Position numbers and translations under genes: made by a program. Below are positions 17,535 to 25,291 of a stretch of DNA of 52,993 nt, piece by piece; position 1 is the first letter of the stretch, and each line of letters opens with the position of its first letter. Source of the DNA: a virus; IMG/VR virus record IMGVR_UViG_3300045988_151594; one strand, written 5' to 3'. The notes under the pieces were generated by a model. The model saw only the letters and a program-made list of their open reading frames with translations, was not told the origin of the DNA and did not search any database.

Positions 17535-17561
17535 GAGGGTATTTTCGCCCTCTATTTTTAT
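17534..17561 (+). terminator. Intrinsic terminator after the capsid gene block
   Basis: 'agaggg-tattttcg-ccctct' followed by 'atttttat'. Confidence 0.6.
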
Positions 17562-17575
17562 AAGAGGGTGATAAT

Positions 17576-17992
17576 TTGCTTGAAAATATAAAACTAATCT
17601 TAGGATTAAAAAAAAATGACTATGATAATATAATTACTTTATATATAAATAAAGTCACTAAAAGAGTAAAAGGATATTGCAATATAGAAAATTTAGATGA
17701 AATAGAAGAAAAGGAAAAAGATGCATTAAATGAATTTATAGAAGATAAAGTATCAAATATAATGGCTTATAAACTTTCGCAATTAGGAGAGAATGTGGAT
17801 GACTCTTCAACAGTGACCCCAGCAAACCAAGGCGCCATAAAATCTATTACAAGAGGCAGTGTAAGAATAGAATATAACTATGATAGTGTCTCAACTGACT
17901 CTGGAGGAGCATCTGTAACTAAAAGCTCTCCAGAATTAACAGATGATGAAAAAGAATATTTAAACCAATTTAGAAGATGCAGATTTTATTAG
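17576..17992 (+). CDS. Head-tail connector (gp6-like / DNA-packaging) protein
   Basis: 'LENIKLILGLKKNDYDNIITLYINKVTKRVKGYCN' is the typical N-terminus of Phage_connect_1 proteins. TTG start after 'gagggtga'. Confidence 0.65.
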   Translation: MLENIKLILGLKKNDYDNIITLYINKVTKRVKGYCNIENLDEIEEKEKDALNEFIEDKVSNIMAYKLSQLGENVDDSSTVTPANQGAIKSITRGSVRIEYNYDSVSTDSGGASVTKSSPELTDDEKEYLNQFRRCRFY

Positions 17993-18003
17993 GAGGTGTT
18001 ATT

Positions 18004-18357
18004 ATGGCAAGTGAAGCGGATATAATAGCAACTCTGTATTTTGATAGCATGGATATATATAGAAAAGAAAAAGTTAAAAACCCTAATACTGGGATTACAA
18101 CTATGCAAGAAATATTAAAATATTCTAACCTTCAATGTTCCCTAGATAAAAAGGATGAAGTACAAACAGGTGGAGAAGTAGGGTCAGCTTATATTTCAGC
18201 TGCTTATAAGCTATTCTGTAGGCCTACAGTAGATATTAAAGTTGGAGATAAATTGATTATAACTTACAATGGAATAACTGGAGAATTTGAAGCTGGTGAA
18301 CCCTATCCATATAAATCTCATATAGAAACCCCATTAACTAAGAAGGAAAGAGTATAA
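18004..18357 (+). CDS. Head-tail adaptor / head closure protein
   Basis: ATG 7 nt after 'aggaggtg'. The call rests on position and size (117 aa). Confidence 0.5.
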   Translation: MASEADIIATLYFDSMDIYRKEKVKNPNTGITTMQEILKYSNLQCSLDKKDEVQTGGEVGSAYISAAYKLFCRPTVDIKVGDKLIITYNGITGEFEAGEPYPYKSHIETPLTKKERV

Positions 18358-19765
18358 TGAGTGGATACAACTTTGAAATAAGTGGAATAGATGATTTTTT
18401 AAAAAATATAAATGATATCCAAAACAATTTCTATGAAGATTTAGAAAATTTAATTAAAAAATATGGAGTTTATTTATTTATAAATACTAAAAAACGTACT
18501 CCGGTTGATAAAGGACAATTAAGAAGAAGCTGGAAATTAAAATATAAAAAAGGAAATTTATATATTCAATTATATAATAATACAGAGTATGGGTTAAGCA
18601 TATAGCCCATGTAAAACTCGGTAAATACGAAGAAGGCTAAGTATAATTATATTTCTAAAAATAACCCATTGAATATGGGCATGCACTACTATTTATGATA
18701 TAATATAAATATAATAAATAAGGTGGTGTTCATATGGCTAAATTTTTAGATTTAACAGGTCAACGTTTTGGAAAATTGACAGTAATAAAATTTTCAAAAG
18801 ATGTTCAAAGTGGCAAAAGAAAAAGAAAATATTGGTTATGTCAATGTGACTGTGGAAATTTAAAAGAAGTCAGAACAGATAGTCTTACTAGTGGGAATGT
18901 AAAATCATGTGGATGTTTGCATATTGAAAAAAGCTATAAAAATTTAACTAGCAAATATGGGTTTAAACCTAAATATGAAATTCAAAACAAAAGATTATAT
19001 CATATATGGAATGGTATGAAACACCGATGTTATAATTTGGAAGATAAAAAATATCATAGATATGGTGGAAGAGGAATAAGTATTTGTGATGAATGGTTAA
19101 ATTTTGATAACTTTGCAAAATGGGCATTAAATAATGGATATGCAGATAATTTAAGTATAGACAGAATAAATAACGATGGAAACTATAAACCTTCTAATTG
19201 TAGATGGACAAATAATAAGCAACAATGCAGAAATAGAAGAACAAATATAAAAACGCAATATAATGGGAAAGAAATGACTTTGATTGAAATATCTGAAATA
19301 ACTAGTATTCCTTATGTAACTTTGAATGACAGATATCACAGAGGAGATAGAGGAGATAGACTTATACGACCTGTAAGAAAAATTAAATAATTATATATGC
19401 TAACATCGTGCTAAGACATTAGATTACGAAAAGGCTAGTGTCCAGCGTAGAGCGTAGCAAGTGAATAAATATAATCTTGCCAAGAGTGCCGAGCAATCCA
19501 ATAAGGATTGCTTTTTTATTGGGTTGAAAATGTACGCCAAACTGGGTTAGATAAACTAACCGATGAAAATGAGGGAAACCTCCAGAGCAGTAGATAAAAA
19601 ACTACTGGTTAATAACAATTTGTATATGTTGAGTATGGCCACAGAACCAGAGGTGGCAAATCATACATTGAAGGAGCTTATATGTTGAAAAAAACTTTTG
19701 AAAAAACTGAAGAAAAATTTATGAAAGATTTGGAGAATGTATTAAAAAAATACGGATTTAAATAG
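18357..19765 (+). CDS. HK97 gp10-like head-tail joining protein, split: join(18357..18594,19623..19765)
   Basis: Exon 1 ends '...LYNNTEYG' plus 1 nt. Exon 2 restores the phase: 't|ta tat gtt gag tat ggc' gives 'LYVEYGHRTRGGKSYIEGAYML...'. 'YVEYG' is the gp10-family hallmark. Confidence 0.75.
18595..19622 (+). mobile_element. Group I intron (1028 nt) carrying an HNH-type endonuclease gene
   Basis: P1: exon 'atgggT' (18589-18594) pairs with 'Gcccat' (18605-18610). The intron ends in G19622. It shares 'gaaggctaagt' (18632-18642 = 15740-15750) and 'atgagggaaacctccaga' (19569-19586 = 16569-16586) with the first intron. Confidence 0.75.
18734..19390 (+). CDS. Intron-encoded HNH-type homing endonuclease
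   Basis: 'YWLCQCDCGNLKEVRTDSLTSGNVKSCGC' and 'LSIDRINNDGNYKPSNCRWTNNKQQCRNRRTN' are typical of phage HNH homing endonucleases. It has its own extended -10 'tgatataat'. Confidence 0.75.
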   Translation: MAKFLDLTGQRFGKLTVIKFSKDVQSGKRKRKYWLCQCDCGNLKEVRTDSLTSGNVKSCGCLHIEKSYKNLTSKYGFKPKYEIQNKRLYHIWNGMKHRCYNLEDKKYHRYGGRGISICDEWLNFDNFAKWALNNGYADNLSIDRINNDGNYKPSNCRWTNNKQQCRNRRTNIKTQYNGKEMTLIEISEITSIPYVTLNDRYHRGDRGDRLIRPVRKIK

Positions 19766-19782
19766 AAATAGGAGGTGATTAA

Positions 19783-20346
19783 ATGATACCTCTAAAAAGT
19801 ATATTATTCGCTACTACGAAAGCAGTAGCAGAAAATTTTCCGCAAGATGTATATATAGAAGATGACAATACGCAAGGCTTTGATAAGTCTTGTTTTTTTG
19901 TGCAAATATTGCCTATTTCAAGTTCAGCTATAACTAGAATATCTAACCTAAGAACTATATCAGTATCAATAAAGTATCTACAACAAGCAGGAGAAAGTAT
20001 AACAAATATATATGATGCCAGTGATAGACTTGAAAAAATATTTGGAAGGACTTTATTTGTAGATGATACTTATCTGACAGTAGATGATATAGAAAGCAAT
20101 ATATATTCAGATGAAGTAGGTAGAATACTTGATTTCATGATACATCTTGATTTTGATGATATTAAATATTCACAATATACTGGTCCGTTGGATAATCCGG
20201 ATAGCGAACCAACAGAATATGAATTAATGAAAGAATTACATTTACAACTTAATGAATTAAGAAATATAACAATAGAAGCTGATGATCCTACTTTGCCAAT
20301 AGTGGACAAAGCTATTGTAGATATTTCAAAATTATTAGAGAATTAA
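19783..20346 (+). CDS. Tail completion/terminator-position protein (precedes sheath)
   Basis: 187-aa ORF with RBS 'aggaggtga'. The functional call rests on synteny only. Confidence 0.45.
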   Translation: MIPLKSILFATTKAVAENFPQDVYIEDDNTQGFDKSCFFVQILPISSSAITRISNLRTISVSIKYLQQAGESITNIYDASDRLEKIFGRTLFVDDTYLTVDDIESNIYSDEVGRILDFMIHLDFDDIKYSQYTGPLDNPDSEPTEYELMKELHLQLNELRNITIEADDPTLPIVDKAIVDISKLLEN

Positions 20347-20362
20347 AAGGAGAGTGAAATAA

Positions 20363-21448
20363 ATGGCTTTAGGATTACCAAGTATAAGTATTAAATTTAT
20401 ACAAGAAGGTATTACTGCTATAAGCAGAGGATCCAGAGGTATAGTTGCAATGATAATAAAGGAAGAAAAAGCTATATCTCCTGCAACTATAGTTGATGTA
20501 ACTGATATACCTAGTGATGTTACAGATAATAATAAGCAACTTATAACGAATGCTTTAATAGGAAATACAAGCGCACCACTAAGATTAGAACTATACATTA
20601 TAAGTGGAGAATTAACTTTGCAGAATGCTTTAAGTCATTTTGAAAATACACAATTTGACTATTTATGCTACCCATCAGCTGTAGATGAAGATAAAACAGC
20701 AATAGTAACATGGGTTAAATCTCAAAGAAATTTAGGGAATATGGTTAAGGCAGTATTAGCTAATGAAACAGCTGATTATGAAGGAATAATAAATGTAACT
20801 CAAAGTGAAGTAGTTGTAGGAGAAAAAACTTATACTGCTGCTGAATTTACTGCAAGAGTTGCAGGATTAATAGCTGGAACAGATTTAAGAATGTCAACCA
20901 CTTATACTTCTGTACCAGAAGTTGATTTGATACCTTATGAATCAAGAGCTGAAACAACTGAAAAAGTAGGAAAAGGCGAATTTATTCTTTATAAGGAATC
21001 AGGAAGAATAAAAGTGGCAAGAGGGGTAAACAGCTTAACTACTGTATCTGATACAACTGTAACAGATATTCAAAGTAAAGGTGATTTATTTCAAAAAATT
21101 AAGACTGTTGACATAATGGACTTAATAGCAAATGACATAAGAAAAACTGCAAGAGATGCATATATTGGAAAATTAAGTAACAGTTATGATAATAAAGTAT
21201 TACTAATTACAGCTATCCATGGTTATTTTGATGGATTGATTAATGATGGACTAGTTGAAAAAAATACAGTAACAGTTGATATAGATATGGAAGAACAAAA
21301 GAAATACTTAAAATCAAATGGAGTTAGTATATCTAATATGAGCGATCAACAAATCAAAGAAGCTAACACAGGCGATCAGGTATTTATAGCGGTAAAATGT
21401 AAAATTCTTGATGCGATCGAAAGCATTTCGATTAGGGTATTCATATAG
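20363..21448 (+). CDS. Contractile tail sheath protein (XkdK-like)
   Basis: 361 aa directly upstream of the tube gene. 'MALGLPSISIKFIQEGITAISRGSRGIVAMIIKE' is typical of PBSX-type sheaths. Confidence 0.85.
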   Translation: MALGLPSISIKFIQEGITAISRGSRGIVAMIIKEEKAISPATIVDVTDIPSDVTDNNKQLITNALIGNTSAPLRLELYIISGELTLQNALSHFENTQFDYLCYPSAVDEDKTAIVTWVKSQRNLGNMVKAVLANETADYEGIINVTQSEVVVGEKTYTAAEFTARVAGLIAGTDLRMSTTYTSVPEVDLIPYESRAETTEKVGKGEFILYKESGRIKVARGVNSLTTVSDTTVTDIQSKGDLFQKIKTVDIMDLIANDIRKTARDAYIGKLSNSYDNKVLLITAIHGYFDGLINDGLVEKNTVTVDIDMEEQKKYLKSNGVSISNMSDQQIKEANTGDQVFIAVKCKILDAIESISIRVFI

Positions 21449-21461
21449 GAGGTGTTTTTAG

Positions 21462-21881
21462 TTGAAAGCTAACAAAGTAATAAATGGTACTTGGGCTGAA
21501 GTTTGGATAAACGATGCATTAGTTGATGAAATATCGGCTTTCCAAGCTAAAATAGAATTTGACAAAGAAGATATAGATATCTGCGGTGAAATGATGACTC
21601 AACATAAAATAACAGGATATAGCGGAACTGGCTCTATGACACTTAAGAAAACAAACTCTAGAATGATAAAATTGTTAGCTAATTTTATGAAAGATGGTCT
21701 AGAACCAGATGTAACAATAGTTGGAAAATTAGCTGACCCAGGTAATGGAGGAAGTGAAAGAATAAGTATATCAGGAGTATCTTTTGATGATTTAACTTTA
21801 TTTGATTTTGAAGTTAAAACATTAGGAGAAGTGGAATGCCCATTCACTTTTACAAAATATAAATTTATAGATTTAATATAA
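21462..21881 (+). CDS. Tail tube protein (XkdM-like)
   Basis: 139 aa. 'NGTWAEVWINDALVDEISAFQAKIEFDKEDID' is typical of XkdM-type tubes. Synteny supports it. Confidence 0.8.
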   Translation: MKANKVINGTWAEVWINDALVDEISAFQAKIEFDKEDIDICGEMMTQHKITGYSGTGSMTLKKTNSRMIKLLANFMKDGLEPDVTIVGKLADPGNGGSERISISGVSFDDLTLFDFEVKTLGEVECPFTFTKYKFIDLI

Positions 21882-21947
21882 AAAATAATATCATAAAGGC
21901 TTTGGTGTTTCTAACTAAAGCCTATTTTTATTTTAGGAGGAAATCAA

Positions 21948-22346
21948 ATGAATATAATAGATAAATTAATGAAAATAGACGCAGGGACATTAGAAACACC
22001 AACTGCTATACATAAAATGTATGTAAAAAAAATAGGTGAAGAACTAGAATTTGAAATACAAGCTATAAATGCAGAAAAAGCTACAGAAATACAACAGAAA
22101 GCTATAAAAATTGAAGATGGAAACGTATCAGACATAGATGTATATAAAACAAAAGTATTAACTATAATGGAAGGTTGTCCAATATTCAAGGATAAGGCAC
22201 TTAGAGAACATTTTGATTGCGCTACTCCAAAAGAACTTATAAATAAATTGCTTCTTAAAGGAGAAGTAGAGGACTTAGTAAATGCAATAAATAATTTATC
22301 AGACTTAAAGAAAATAGAAAAAGTAGATGAAGAAATAAAAAACTAA
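21948..22346 (+). CDS. Tail assembly chaperone, short form (XkdN / gpG-like)
   Basis: It lies between the tube and tape-measure genes and ends at TAA directly after a slippery heptamer. Confidence 0.8.
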   Translation: MNIIDKLMKIDAGTLETPTAIHKMYVKKIGEELEFEIQAINAEKATEIQQKAIKIEDGNVSDIDVYKTKVLTIMEGCPIFKDKALREHFDCATPKELINKLLLKGEVEDLVNAINNLSDLKKIEKVDEEIKN

Positions 22347-22534
22347 TTGAAACAGATAGTGAAATAGCAACAATGTACTATCTGTTTAAATATAAAAATA
22401 TAATGCCATCTCAATATTATAATATGAAATTTGGAGAAAAAACTGTAATAAAAAGCTTTATAAGAAAAGAGTCAGAGGAATTTTATAAAATCTCAAAAAA
22501 TAAAAATATTTTCCCTACTATAAATATTAAATAA
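21948..22534 (+). CDS. Tail assembly chaperone, -1 frameshift fusion form: join(21948..22343,22343..22534)
   Basis: The -1 frame is open from 22331 to TAA 22532-22534 ('LIETDSEIATMYYLFKYKNIMPSQYYNMKFGEK...') and has no start codon of its own. Confidence 0.7.
22337..22343 (+). promoter_or_regulatory. Programmed -1 ribosomal frameshift site A_AAA_AAC
   Basis: The heptamer is in the correct phase (ata aaa aac taa), one codon before the zero-frame stop. Confidence 0.75.
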
Positions 22535-22548
22535 GAGGAGGTGAGGCA

Positions 22549-24601
22549 ATGGCAAATGATAAAACATTAGAGGCAATCATTCGCCTTCGAAGGTGACGAA
22601 GTTTCAAAACCTTTAAATGAAATACAAAATGAAATGAAAGACTTAAATAAAACATCTAGTGATGTAAATAGTGCTATGAAAAATGTACAAAAGGCAACTG
22701 GGGACACAGCTAATTCAATGAATGATTTAACAAGCACAATAAAAGATACTAATGGATCATTACAAGATACCAATAGTGCTGCAAATGAAGCTGCAAGAGG
22801 GATAAACTCTCTAGGAGTTATGGAAGCTGGACAAAAGATGATGGAATTTGGAGGAAAAATTATTGATGTAGTTAAAAACTTAATGGATTTAACAGAAGCT
22901 ACTAAAGAATTTAATTCTCTACAAAGTAAATTACAAGGATCAACTAAACAAAATGGATATAAACAGAAAGATGCTAATAAAAATGCTGGACAAGTATATG
23001 GATATACTGGCGATGATATGATGGCAGTCAATGTTGTTTCCAATTTACAAAAGATGGGGCTATCTCAAAGCGAATTAGATAAAACTATCAATGCTTCGCT
23101 AGCAGTATGGAGTGCATATGGCGATAGTATTCCAATAGAAGGACTTACTGAATCGATTACTGAAACAGCACAAGTTAGTAAAGTTACAGGAAACTTAGCA
23201 GATGCTTTGAACTGGGCTGGAATAAGTGAAGATAGTTTTAATAAGAAATTAGAGGCATGTAAAACTGTATCTGAAAAAAATAAACTTATAACAGATACAT
23301 TAAATCAAGCATACGGAAAAAGTAAAGAAACGTATGATAAAACTAATAAATCCATGATTGATTATAATAAATCTTTATGGGAATCACAAAAGGCACAAGC
23401 AGAATTAGGTTCAGCATTAGCACCTTTAAATTCAGCAATTAATGGAATTAAATCGGCTTTTGCAGAAGCATTAGCACCAGCTATAAAACAAATTGCAGAT
23501 GCTATACAACCAGTAATTCAAAAGTTCCAAGAATTTATAAAGGAACATCCTCAATTAGTATCAGGCATAACAATGGTAGTAGCAGCTATAACAACTCTAA
23601 TAGGAATTATAGGAACTATAATAGTTGTAGTAACAACAGTAAAATTAGCATTTACTGGCATAAGTACTGTTATAGGAGTTGTATCAGGAGGATTTGCAGC
23701 CTTAAGTGCCCCAGTTCTAATAGTTATAGGCGTAATAGGAGCACTTATAGCCATAGGAGTTGCATTGTATAAAAACTGGGACACAGTTTGTGCAAAAGCT
23801 ACTGAACTAAAGAATTGGGTAGTAAGTAAATGGAATGAGTTAAAAGAAGCTTTAGCACCAATTATTAATTTTATTAAAACATTAATTCAAAATAAATGGA
23901 ACGAGATAAAAACAACTGTAACTGTTATATCAACTGCAATAAAAACAGTAGTAACTGCAATATGGAATGGAATAAAAACTGTAATAGGCACAATTGTAAG
24001 TATTATAAAAATGTTAGTTGAAAATAAATGGAATGAAATAAAAACAGTTGTATCAGTGGTAGGAAATGCAATCAAGACAGTAGTTACGAATGTATGGAAT
24101 GCTATAAAAACTGCCATATCAACTATTGTATCAGCAATTAAATCTGTAGTAGTAGAAAAATGGAATGCTATTAAATATGCTGTAAAAAGTGTAATGGATG
24201 CTATTAAAAATACTGCTATAAATGCTTTTAATAATGTAAAAGAAAAAATATCAGGTGTAATTAGTGATATAAAAAGTGCATGGCAAGGATTAAAAGATAA
24301 AATCACAAATAATCCTATAGTTGCTACAGTTAGAAAGGTTACAGAGTCATTAACTGGAGCAGAAGATGGAAACCATGCAGCAGGACTTCGAAGAGTTCCT
24401 TATAATAATTATTTAGCAAATCTGCATCAAGGAGAAGCAATTTTACCGAGAAGAGATGCTGATAAATGGAGACAAGGCAAAGGTAATACTCCTCAAATAG
24501 TAAATAATTTCTATGGAATGACTTTTAGAGAAGAAGCTGATTTAGATAGATTTACAGAAAAATTAGTTAGAAAATTAAATGAACAAAAAATAATAACTTA
24601 G
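22549..24601 (+). CDS. Tail tape measure protein, N-terminus broken by a +1 frame change
   Basis: A strong RBS 'aagaggaggtga' precedes ATG 22549, which reads 'MANDKTLEAIIRLRR*'. The main frame is open from 22571 ('FAFEGDEVSKPLNEIQNEMKDL...'). Central TM-like block and WN(E/A)IKT repeats. Confidence 0.8.
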
Positions 24602-24622
24602 TAAGGGAGGTAATATTGCATT

Positions 24623-25291
24623 ATGGAGATGTATTTAAAAAATGATAAACATATATTTAGATTTCCAATATTGCCTTCTACTATAAATGTACAAGATTAT
24701 GCAATAATAAATGACAGCAATATAACAGGATTAGGAGATGTTGCAATATTTGGAGGTAAAGGATTAAGAACAATAGAGATATCATCATTTTTCCCAAATC
24801 CAAAAAGAAAATATAAATTTGTAAATTATTCTAATTATCCAAAACAATGGGATTGTGTTTCTAAAATAAGAAGTTATATGAATAATGGTGAAGTAATGAG
24901 ATTTATAGTAACTGGCACAGAAATAAACTTCCAAGCAAGAATAACTGATTTTACCTTTTCCCAACAAGATGGCACAGGAGATGTATATTATACTATCAAT
25001 CTAAAGGAATATAGAGAAATTAAAATATCATCAACAACTCCAGCTAAAAAGAAAACTGATAACAAAAATAGGACATCTTCAAAAGATAAAAACAATAATA
25101 AAAATAAAACTTCAACCAAAAGTAAACAAACAATTCATACAGTAAAAAAGGGAGATACACTATATGATATAGCAAAGAAATATTATGGAAAAGGATCAAG
25201 CTATAAAAAAATAATAGAAAAAAATAAATCTAAATATCCTTCATTGACTAAAAATACAATAATTAAAGCTGGATGGAAGCTGGTGATATAA
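24623..25291 (+). CDS. LysM-domain tail protein (XkdP-like)
   Basis: C-terminal 'HTVKKGDTLYDIAKKYYGKGSSYKKIIEKNK...IIKAGWKLVI' is a LysM domain. Confidence 0.8.
   Translation: MEMYLKNDKHIFRFPILPSTINVQDYAIINDSNITGLGDVAIFGGKGLRTIEISSFFPNPKRKYKFVNYSNYPKQWDCVSKIRSYMNNGEVMRFIVTGTEINFQARITDFTFSQQDGTGDVYYTINLKEYREIKISSTTPAKKKTDNKNRTSSKDKNNNKNKTSTKSKQTIHTVKKGDTLYDIAKKYYGKGSSYKKIIEKNKSKYPSLTKNTIIKAGWKLVI

Noticed and set aside
17534-17556. The terminator hairpin 'agagggtattttcgccctct' resembles the P1 region of the capsid intron ('gagggtagataattttgccctct', 15697-15719).
   Set aside because: The similarity is limited to a short GC stem plus a T-rich loop. There is no downstream intron-like sequence or interrupted gene at 17534. 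It is most simply a coincidental terminator.
23880-24260. Periodic nucleotide and peptide repeats ('KWNEIKT.V..I..AIKTVV...') that might at first be taken for a repeat array.
   Set aside because: They are in-frame and imperfect, inside the tape-measure ORF. This is typical tape-measure internal periodicity. There are no spacers or CRISPR-like structure.
22567-24306. Long antisense ORFs within the tape-measure gene (22567..23043, 23551..23784, 23887..24306). The same applies to many other minus-strand track ORFs inside plus-strand genes, such as 33570..33875, 32267..32602, 6187..6618 and 10045..10377.
   Set aside because: They are shadow ORFs of AT-rich coding sequence. They have hydrophobic low-complexity translations and no RBS, and they are fully contained in well-supported genes on the other strand.
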